The notes below the pieces were generated by a model. The model did no database searches, was not told where the DNA came from, and saw nothing but the letters and a program-made list of their open reading frames with translations. Both the position numbers and the translations under genes were made by a program. From positions 1 through 7,836 of IMG/VR virus record IMGVR_UViG_3300033892_000027: a stretch of DNA of 7,836 nt. One strand, written 5' to 3'. Positions 1 through 6,142 of the stretch are shown in pieces. Each line of letters begins with the position of its first letter. Position 1 is the stretch's first letter.

Positions 1-287
1 TAATCTCCCGGTACAGTTTTTGTAACTCTTCTAATAAAATAACTTTTATTATCTGGAATTTTGTATTCTTGAGCTATATATCTAAATGGAGTATTGTCAT
101 GGAGCCATGCTACAGCTACAATAAAATCTTGTTCACTGTCGTTAGCAATATACATAAAATATCTGCTATTTTTTCCAGCTCCGCCTCCTAAAGGCATACC
201 TTGTTTATGATAATAATCTATCAACATTCTGACAAATTTTATTAATTCTTTATTTTTAGCTTCTTCTATTCTAAACTGTAACTCCAT
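1..287 (-). CDS. Partial (N-terminal 95 aa) GNAT/Mom-like acetyltransferase, SIRV2 ORF154-like; runs off the left edge
   Basis: Manual translation from ATG at 287: MELQFRIEEAKNKELIKFVRMLIDYYHKQGMPLGGGAGKNSRYFMYIANDSEQDFIVAVAWLHDNTPFRYIAQEYKIPDNKSYFIRRVTKTVPGD..., open to the edge. It has a TATA+GTC promoter upstream and lies divergent to the ORF488-like gene, matching the SIRV neighbourhood. Not in the ORF track. Confidence 0.7.
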   Translation of the reverse strand, partial: MELQFRIEEAKNKELIKFVRMLIDYYHKQGMPLGGGAGKNSRYFMYIANDSEQDFIVAVAWLHDNTPFRYIAQEYKIPDNKSYFIRRVTKTVPGD

Positions 288-359
288 ATATTCACAACTC
301 ACAATATGACAAATATATATTTTTCGAATTGAATATGACAAGATCAAAATGTAAAACTA

Positions 360-379
360 ATATACATTATATTATGTAT
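360..379. promoter_or_regulatory. Quasi-palindromic operator-like 20-mer ATATACATTATATTATGTAT, copy 1
   Basis: Identical to 6123-6142; lies 10 nt upstream of the TATA box of the 466-aa gene. Confidence 0.55.
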
Positions 380-421
380 TAGAATTGAGTTTTATATTAA
401 CATTTTATGAATATAATAATT

Positions 422-1822
422 ATGGGTAAGAAGGTAGGTAACAGAAATATCGCATCTATGAAGTATCATCTTTATCAAAAAGTATTGAATAGAAATACTT
501 TTCCCGCTTTTAGCACAATGTTTAACGCTGGAGTTTCATCAGTTTTGCCAACTCCACTTGAGAACATTTCAGTTCCTAAAGGTATAAATACTAATTATGG
601 AATTGCATATGCTACAATTATTTCAGCTTTACTTTCAGCTTTAAATAATTTAGCAATTTCTACATTTAATTCAAATGCAAATTCATTTAGTTTTCTACAA
701 TTAGGCCAAAGTGGAATTTTTGGACAAACTTCTGGTCTTGCATTTATTAATAGCTTTACAAAACTTTATGATAATTATGTAGAACTTTGCAGTGTACTTT
801 ATCAACCCGCGGTTTTCGATGAGACTTATTTTGATCTATCAGTTTTCCAGTCAGCAAACACAATTATCAATAGAAATCAAGCATGTGAAAAAATAGAACA
901 ATATTTTAATAGTTTAAGTTATTCAAATATTAGTATTGATCTTCCAACTTTGGGAATTGGAAATACTCAAATTCCAAATGTTGATAATTATTCATTATCA
1001 AATATCCAAAATACTGGAGTAGGCGATTTATTAAACACTCTAAATCTCAATTTTAATCAACTTCCAGATTTAGCAAAATTCATAGTTTCATTTATACCAA
1101 ATTTGAATGATATAATTAATAGTGGATTTGCTTTAGATGTTGGATGGTTAGACAGATGTGTTTTAGCTCCAGAAATTGAAGAAAGTCCAGAGTATAAAGT
1201 CCAGTTACAAAACGGTATGATTTTACAAAATTTTGCTAACGTTTTCGGAATGATATTAGATTATTCGCCTTTAGATTTATCAATTCTAATTCCAGAATTT
1301 AATCCAAACAATATCACACAATTAGATTTAGTTTCCATTTTGTCTGCTGATAAAACTGTAATTTCAATATTTGGAAGTTTGTTTAAACAACATTTATATG
1401 ACCCATCTCCTGGAGGAATAAACATAACTTACAGTTCTGAAATTGAAAATTATGCAGTTTCATATGAACAATTTTTACAAGTCCAAAGAATTGTAAACAA
1501 GAAATATTCTAATATATGGTATGCTAAAATGGTAGCTTCAGCAATTTTGGAAATTGCTAGATATCCTTATCAACAAAATTATAGTTATTCAACTGGAAAA
1601 AGAACACTTCCTTATAATGAATTTTTGAATTATTGGAAGAATAAGTGGTCATTTTATGGAATATCTGCTCAAGATTTACAATTTGCTCAAGAATATGGTG
1701 AGAAAATTCAAGGTCAAGCAAAAGTTGAAAATTCGATAAAATTAGCTCAAAAATCTGCAAAAGCTAAACAATATAAGCCAATTTTCTATTACAAAAACTT
1801 TAAAAATATAGCAAATAGATAA
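422..1822 (+). CDS. Minor virion structural protein (SIRV ORF486/488-like), ~466 aa
   Basis: Long ORF (track 407-1822). Start reassigned to ATG 422 because TTTTATAT at 390-397 sits ~25-32 nt upstream, as expected for a leaderless transcript. Basic N-terminus, N/S-rich body; size and position next to the ORF154-like gene match the rudivirus core gene. Confidence 0.75.
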   Translation: MGKKVGNRNIASMKYHLYQKVLNRNTFPAFSTMFNAGVSSVLPTPLENISVPKGINTNYGIAYATIISALLSALNNLAISTFNSNANSFSFLQLGQSGIFGQTSGLAFINSFTKLYDNYVELCSVLYQPAVFDETYFDLSVFQSANTIINRNQACEKIEQYFNSLSYSNISIDLPTLGIGNTQIPNVDNYSLSNIQNTGVGDLLNTLNLNFNQLPDLAKFIVSFIPNLNDIINSGFALDVGWLDRCVLAPEIEESPEYKVQLQNGMILQNFANVFGMILDYSPLDLSILIPEFNPNNITQLDLVSILSADKTVISIFGSLFKQHLYDPSPGGINITYSSEIENYAVSYEQFLQVQRIVNKKYSNIWYAKMVASAILEIARYPYQQNYSYSTGKRTLPYNEFLNYWKNKWSFYGISAQDLQFAQEYGEKIQGQAKVENSIKLAQKSAKAKQYKPIFYYKNFKNIANR

Positions 1823-1826
1823 TAAG

Positions 1827-2030
1827 ATGATAAACATGATAATTAAAAAGAAGAAAGATTGGAATACTGAGCCATGTAATTTGAATAAAAAATTATGGTA
1901 TAGTGAACCAGTTTATCCTAAAATAAAAATATGGTACGGTGAACCGTATGATTTAAATGAAGGATTTTATATACCTTGTAAAACTGATAAAAAAATTGAC
2001 AAAAAGAAAATTTTGGAAATATTGACTTAA
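1827..2030 (+). CDS. Hypothetical 67-aa protein with three 12-aa W-x-x-E-P repeats
   Basis: ORF begins 4 nt after the upstream stop (alternative ATG at 1836). The repeat is conserved at protein level (WNTEPC/WYSEPV/WYGEPY). Its stop overlaps the convergent gene's stop in TTAA 2027-2030. Confidence 0.6.
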   Translation: MINMIIKKKKDWNTEPCNLNKKLWYSEPVYPKIKIWYGEPYDLNEGFYIPCKTDKKIDKKKILEILT

Positions 2031-2242
2031 GATTTAGATAAATCTTCTTTTACTGTTTTCATAAATAGTCTTAGCAATTTTTGTTGATAAAAATTAAAAT
2101 ATTTCCAAGATTCATAATCTAATTTTGAATTTATATATGCTATTAATTCATATTCATTTAATTCCAAAATTTCTTTACCATATTTTTGAGCAAATTCATG
2201 AGCTAATTCAATTATTTGTTGTTCAATTTCTTTTACGCTCAT
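2027..2242 (-). CDS. Hypothetical 71-aa helical protein (accessory; anti-defence candidate)
   Basis: ORF with its own BRE/TATA (GCGAAAGATTTATATA) and a purine-rich GGGATAAAG leader before the ATG. Confidence 0.8.
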   Translation of the reverse strand: MSVKEIEQQIIELAHEFAQKYGKEILELNEYELIAYINSKLDYESWKYFNFYQQKLLRLFMKTVKEDLSKS

Positions 2243-2271
2243 CTTTATCCCTGATATGATATATGCTTTCG

Positions 2272-2291
2272 AAATATATAAATCTTTCGCT
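2272..2291 (-). promoter_or_regulatory. BRE+TATA promoter block, copy 1 (AGCGAAAGATTTATATATTT)
   Basis: Identical 20-mer at 2752-2771. TATA lies 32 nt before ATG 2242. Confidence 0.8.
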
Positions 2292-2368
2292 TTCTGTTTG
2301 TTAAAAATTAGAAATATTATTTAAAAGATGAGAAAAATTAGAGATAAAAAAATAAAGAAAGAATAAAT

Positions 2369-2722
2369 TTACATTTTTCCACTTTTCTTTAGGTCATTTA
2401 ATAAATACTTTTTCAATTCACAAGTTGAACAATACTCTTTGTATAAGCGTTTTATTTCTGTTTTATCATTCTCAATATCAATTTGCGGTCTAATAATACA
2501 TCCTCCGCCTTTGCAAATTCTTAAATATTCGTTTTTCATGTATTCTTCATAATCTTTTTTCTTTAGAAAAATTACTTGAAATTCTTCAGAAATATCATCA
2601 TCACTTTCATGACTTAACTTGTAATGATGATCTAATTCTTCATAACTTGTAGCTACATAACTACATAATTTACAAAAAAGTAATTTATTTGAGAACTTAG
2701 TTTGAACTTTTTTATTTGTCAT
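2369..2722 (-). CDS. Zinc-finger protein (~117 aa): C2H2 finger plus a second Cys cluster
   Basis: CKLC-x12-HYKLSH C2H2 motif; later CKGGGC and CSTC. Start probably ATG 2722 (GGAGA Shine-Dalgarno, 32 nt from TATA as in the neighbouring gene) rather than 2734. Confidence 0.75.
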   Translation of the reverse strand: MTNKKVQTKFSNKLLFCKLCSYVATSYEELDHHYKLSHESDDDISEEFQVIFLKKKDYEEYMKNEYLRICKGGGCIIRPQIDIENDKTEIKRLYKEYCSTCELKKYLLNDLKKSGKM

Positions 2723-2751
2723 TTTTATCTCCATTATACATTTCGAAATCT

Positions 2752-2771
2752 AAATATATAAATCTTTCGCT
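2752..2771 (-). promoter_or_regulatory. BRE+TATA promoter block, copy 2
   Basis: Exact repeat of 2272-2291, 480 bp away. TATA lies 32 nt before ATG 2722. Confidence 0.8.
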
Positions 2772-2871
2772 CATGCTTTACGCGTTCATCAATAAATGCA
2801 TATTCATAATATTTTGTATATAGCAAATTTGCTTTGAGTTTATTTATTCTTGTTTTGTGAAATATATAATT

Positions 2872-3234
2872 ATGCAAGTTAAAGATGAGTTTTCGAATAT
2901 TTTCGGCCCCGTAAGAATCGCGATAGATAAAATTAGAGAACTAGAACTTCAAGGTCAAATTTATGGTCTTAGTAAATATTTACCTCATTCAATTATTGTT
3001 TTGAAAAATGCAGAATTACCTATGGTTGTAGATTTATATATCCCCGGATTTACTTTTTATTTCCAGTTTTTAATTGCAAAAGATCCCGAAACTAATAGAA
3101 TTGGTATTTCAGATTTTCGAGTAGTTTACCCACAACCTTATGCGAAACAAGTCGATTCTGTTTACCAGAAATTCAAAAATGATGAAAATACAAATTTAGA
3201 TAATTTAGAAGAAGAATTAGGTGAGCGTGAATGA
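2872..3234 (+). CDS. Hypothetical protein (~120 aa), possibly SIRV2 ORF110-like by synteny
   Basis: Track ORF 2857-3234. ATG 2872 preferred because its upstream sequence (TTGAGTTTAT...ATAATT-ATG) mirrors that of the gene starting at 422. Orthology is inferred from position only. Confidence 0.75.
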   Translation: MQVKDEFSNIFGPVRIAIDKIRELELQGQIYGLSKYLPHSIIVLKNAELPMVVDLYIPGFTFYFQFLIAKDPETNRIGISDFRVVYPQPYAKQVDSVYQKFKNDENTNLDNLEEELGERE

Positions 3235-3305
3235 GTTTAAAAGAAAAATATAAAATTTTAAATTATTCACGCGATCCAGTGCAAATTTATAAATTAAGTA
3301 CGTGA
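3231..3305 (+). CDS. Putative 24-aa translationally coupled mini-ORF (MSLKEKYKILNYSRDPVQIYKLST)
   Basis: ATGA overlap with the upstream stop, GGTGA Shine-Dalgarno at 3220-3224, and it fills the gap to the next gene's ribosome-binding site. Confidence 0.4.
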   Translation: MSLKEKYKILNYSRDPVQIYKLST

Positions 3306-3316
3306 GGGAATAAAAG

Positions 3317-3544
3317 ATGAGTGAATATACACTTGTTTTAACTATAATTTCAACATTTGTAACTACATTATTTGCAATTGTTCAACTTTATTTAAAAATT
3401 AAGAATGCATTAAGAGACGCAGTTAAAGAAATAGTTAATTCAGAACTACAAAATTTAAAAATAGAAATTGAAGAGTTGAAAATAAATCAGAATGAATTAA
3501 AACAACAAATTGAAGAAATAAAAATGAGACTAGATAAAACTTGA
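3317..3544 (+). CDS. 75-aa protein with an N-terminal transmembrane helix and a coiled coil
   Basis: Hydrophobic YTLVLTIISTFVTTLFAIVQLYL followed by heptads LQNLKIEIEELKINQNELKQQIEEIKMRL; GAGGG ribosome-binding site upstream. Confidence 0.8.
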   Translation: MSEYTLVLTIISTFVTTLFAIVQLYLKIKNALRDAVKEIVNSELQNLKIEIEELKINQNELKQQIEEIKMRLDKT

Positions 3545-3581
3545 TATTTGTCATATTTTAAATTTCTAACTAGGTGGAAAG

Positions 3582-3779
3582 ATGGTAAAAAAGATAGATT
3601 TAATAAAATTTGAGGTTTTGCTTGAATTACAACTTGGTCTAATTAATGAAATTAATAAAAATGAAGATCTTAAAGAAGATGAAATATTAGAAGCTTTAGA
3701 AATAATTAAAAATATATCTGAAGAAATAAGCAAAGATATAGCAGTTTTATTAAACAAAAATTCAGAAAATAAGAAGTAA
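3582..3779 (+). CDS. Hypothetical 65-aa acidic helical protein
   Basis: AGGTGG Shine-Dalgarno upstream, TTTGTC element at 3547-3552, E/K/L/I-rich composition typical of this genome. Confidence 0.7.
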   Translation: MVKKIDLIKFEVLLELQLGLINEINKNEDLKEDEILEALEIIKNISEEISKDIAVLLNKNSENKK

Positions 3780-3803
3780 AAAAAATACAAACTAAAAAAA
3801 GAA

Positions 3804-4103
3804 TTATAACTTATTCGTCATTCTTTTTATATGAAATTTGATATAGTTGTCAAGTTTTAAATTTTCATCTTTCAAAATATTTGTACTATTTGCTTCTTTG
3901 CACAAAATTGCTAAATCTCTTAATAAAATTGCTTTTCTTCTAAATTGTAAATGATAATATGCTAAATGTATTGATAAATTTTTAGTTTTCATATTGCAAT
4001 ATGGACATCTTTCATTATGAAAATGTATTTGTGCGTGTTTTTTGAATTCTTTTTTTCCAGATATTGAAATTTTGCAAATATAGCAATAATAATATTTTGG
4101 CAT
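3804..4103 (-). CDS. Tandem C2H2 zinc-finger protein (99 aa)
   Basis: CYIC-x12-HAQIH and CPYC-x9-HLAYYH; AAGGTG Shine-Dalgarno inside the end of the upstream 41-aa ORF. Confidence 0.8.
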   Translation of the reverse strand: MPKYYYCYICKISISGKKEFKKHAQIHFHNERCPYCNMKTKNLSIHLAYYHLQFRRKAILLRDLAILCKEANSTNILKDENLKLDNYIKFHIKRMTNKL

Positions 4104-4106
4104 TTT

Positions 4107-4232
4107 TTAATACACCTTCACTTCTAAACCATAATCTTGACACATATTTATTATATTTTTAATTTGTATACCTTTCTTTTTCTTTACATGAAACTTTGTG
4201 AAATTTTTACATTCAATTATTACTTCCTCCAT
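4107..4232 (-). CDS. Unannotated 41-aa basic protein (MEEVIIECKNFTKFHVKKKKGIQIKNIINMCQDYGLEVKVY)
   Basis: Manual translation. Promoter CGAAAAATTTATATG at 4263-4277 (-), GTGAG ribosome-binding site, stop 3 nt before the zinc-finger ATG, suggesting a two-gene operon. Confidence 0.6.
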   Translation of the reverse strand: MEEVIIECKNFTKFHVKKKKGIQIKNIINMCQDYGLEVKVY

Positions 4233-4295
4233 AGTCTCACTATAATTATATATCATACAAAGCATATAAATTTTTCGATTAATTAACTCTTGAAG

Positions 4296-5303
4296 TCATT
4301 CTAAAAATCTAACATATAAATTATTAATGTCATATCTCTTAGCTAATTCTTTTAGATTTCTACTTCTTTCTTCTCTATCTTGAAGTTCACTAGCTATCAA
4401 TATTGCATTTACCATGTCATGAATATCAAATTTATGAATTTTCCATTTTTGACCATGAGTTTTGTCATAATATTCTTCAACTTCTGAAGATTTAATTAGT
4501 AAATTCCATTGCCATGAAGTAAATTCATCAAATGGCGGCATTAATTGATGAATGACCGGCGTTCCCATAGCCATACTTTCTAGAACTGGAAGTCCAAAGC
4601 CCTCAGTTCCTGAAGGAACTATCATATAATCCATAACTTTGTAAAATGCGAAAATGTAATCCCTAGGATTTAGCCCAAATTCGCTAACAAAATGAACATT
4701 TGCTGGAACTTCAAAATTCTTAAAGTCCTTATGAGAAATTACAAAGAAGTGAACTTTTTTGGCTAATTCTGGAATTTTAGTATTTATTTCTTGGAAAACT
4801 CTTATCATAAGATCCATATTCTTTCTTTTAGTTAAACCACTTACAATTCCAAATTTTATGGAATTTGGAAAATCTTTATCTAATTTTTGCTTTAATTGAA
4901 TAGCTAATTGTTCAGCTTTTTCTACAATTTCAAAATTAATGCCATGGAAAACTGGAAGATCAGTTTGTAAACCGACCTCTTGCAAATTTTGAGCTGTAAA
5001 CTTTGAATTTGGTATAAATATTATATTTTCTAATAGATATTGATTTACAATATTTGTATTAGGTATACCATCACAAGTTGTATAAAAGTATTTCTTACCT
5101 TTAAATTCTCTAAATGTATACAAATATGGATTTAATGAAGGAGGGTGAAATGGCATAAAAATTATTAATTTATCACTTTGTGGAATTAAATATGGATTTG
5201 TTGAAATTGTAACAATTTCACCATGATTTCTTAAAATATAAGCTATATCTTCTGAAACATTTCTTATAGATGAGTAATTCATAGTCAGGATTGTCGTTTT
5301 CAT
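4296..5303 (-). CDS. GT-B fold (GT4/group 1) glycosyltransferase, SIRV ORF335 homologue
   Basis: Signature PSGTEGFGLPVLESMAMGTPVI (E-x7-E), plus PNSKFT, HGIN and KRKN motifs. 335 aa, next to the capsid gene as in SIRV1/2. Confidence 0.95.
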   Translation of the reverse strand: MKTTILTMNYSSIRNVSEDIAYILRNHGEIVTISTNPYLIPQSDKLIIFMPFHPPSLNPYLYTFREFKGKKYFYTTCDGIPNTNIVNQYLLENIIFIPNSKFTAQNLQEVGLQTDLPVFHGINFEIVEKAEQLAIQLKQKLDKDFPNSIKFGIVSGLTKRKNMDLMIRVFQEINTKIPELAKKVHFFVISHKDFKNFEVPANVHFVSEFGLNPRDYIFAFYKVMDYMIVPSGTEGFGLPVLESMAMGTPVIHQLMPPFDEFTSWQWNLLIKSSEVEEYYDKTHGQKWKIHKFDIHDMVNAILIASELQDREERSRNLKELAKRYDINNLYVRFLE

Positions 5304-5310
5304 ATTAAGC

Positions 5311-5334
5311 TTTTAAATGTCATGACATTAAAAA
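5311..5334. promoter_or_regulatory. Palindromic bidirectional promoter (TTTTAAATGTCATGACATTAAAAA)
   Basis: Perfect 14-bp palindrome AATGTCATGACATT at 5316-5329 (24 bp with one mismatched pair) in the 36-bp gap between divergent ATGs 5303 and 5340. Each arm reads TATA-like followed by GTC. Confidence 0.7.
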
Positions 5335-5339
5335 ATATC

Positions 5340-5510
5340 ATGGACATCTTTTTATTTGAGTGTCCAGTTTGTAAAAGAATAACAAAAACTAGAAAAGCTA
5401 TGATTACACATTTGAAAAAACATCATCCAGGTGTAAGAATTAGTGATTGTAAAAGAATTAGTAAAAAAACTTATGAATATGTTGAAACAAAAGTAGAAGA
5501 TAATGATTAA
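5340..5510 (+). CDS. Small C2H2 zinc-finger protein (56 aa), SIRV ORF55-like
   Basis: CPVC-x12-HLKKHH. Located between the capsid and glycosyltransferase genes as in SIRV. Start 5340 fits TATA spacing; the track's 5322 start lies inside the promoter palindrome. Confidence 0.8.
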   Translation: MDIFLFECPVCKRITKTRKAMITHLKKHHPGVRISDCKRISKKTYEYVETKVEDND

Positions 5511-5558
5511 AAGTTAAAAGTAAATTTTTTTAAATTTTAAATTTGAACTAACGTTCTG

Positions 5559-5583
5559 AAAAAGAAAAAATAAAAAAATAAAA
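5559..5583 (-). terminator. Oligo-T terminator of the capsid gene
   Basis: TTTTATTTTTTATTTTTTCTTTTT-type tract on the - strand ~27-50 nt past the MCP stop. A T7 run at 5525-5531 (+) could terminate the convergent zinc-finger gene. Confidence 0.5.
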
Positions 5584-5609
5584 TAGCTTAAAAGATATTC
5601 TATAATTTT

Positions 5610-6014
5610 TTAGCTTACATATCCAGTTGGACTTCCAGTAATAATGTTGGTGACTGCGTCTAATACTGTAGGATTTGCATTAAACGCTGAAATATAATAT
5701 GCCTTCAATCCGTTAATCATATTAACTAGTGCCGGGCCACCGCCGAGTCTATTTAAAGCTCTAGCTACCTTAAGACCGAAACCTTGATAAATCGCTCTAT
5801 TGGGACCAGTTATTCCATATTCCGACAAAACTGAACTAACTTGTTCATTCACAGAAGTGAATTTTGGAACGTTAGTTTGGAAATTTTGTTGTGCAACTGG
5901 AGATACATTACTTAAAATTGTTGAAGCTACGGTAGGATTTGAAAATGATGCAAATTTTGCACTCCACTTAGCATATCTTTGACTATATGATCTTGGTGTT
6001 CTTCCTTTTGCCAT
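5610..6014 (-). CDS. Rudivirus major capsid protein (SIRV2 ORF134/gp26 homologue)
   Basis: 134 aa, near-identical to the remembered SIRV coat protein: RSYSQRYAKW, FSNPTVASTILSNVSPVAQQNFQTNVPKFTSVNE, YGITGPNRAIYQGFGLKVARALNR, ITGSPTGYVS. Confidence 0.98.
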   Translation of the reverse strand: MAKGRTPRSYSQRYAKWSAKFASFSNPTVASTILSNVSPVAQQNFQTNVPKFTSVNEQVSSVLSEYGITGPNRAIYQGFGLKVARALNRLGGGPALVNMINGLKAYYISAFNANPTVLDAVTNIITGSPTGYVS

Positions 6015-6071
6015 TTTTGGTCAATTAATATTTAAAATTGCTACAATATAAATTTTCACGTCTTATATACT

Positions 6072-6142
6072 ATATAATGTATATAAATTGATGAAATTGA
6101 GTCATTACTTAAAGAAAAAGTTATATACATTATATTATGTAT
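6072..6142. promoter_or_regulatory. Operator-like 20-mer copy 2 (6123-6142) plus a 15-bp inverted copy (6072-6086), upstream of the capsid promoter
   Basis: ATATAATGTATATAA (6072-6086) is the reverse complement of TTATATACATTATAT (6121-6135). The MCP TATA (GAAAATTTATATT, -) is at ~6046-6058. Confidence 0.55.

Noticed and set aside
407-421. Upstream starts in the ORF track (407; likewise 2734, 2857 and 5322)
   Set aside because: They fall within promoter or leader elements; the downstream ATGs fit TATA and Shine-Dalgarno spacing better.
1557-1760. 67-aa minus-strand ORF
   Set aside because: Entirely antisense within the 466-aa gene, with no promoter or ribosome-binding site; shadow ORF.
2272-2771. 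Repeats considered as a mini-CRISPR array or IS ends
   Set aside because: Only two copies 480 bp apart, each at a promoter position; no regular repeat-spacer pattern and no transposase or integrase in the window.
3566-3790. 74-aa minus-strand ORF
   Set aside because: F/S/I-rich antisense mirror of the 65-aa gene, which has the Shine-Dalgarno.
5800-5982. 60-aa plus-strand ORF
   Set aside because: Antisense to the major capsid gene, non-ATG start.
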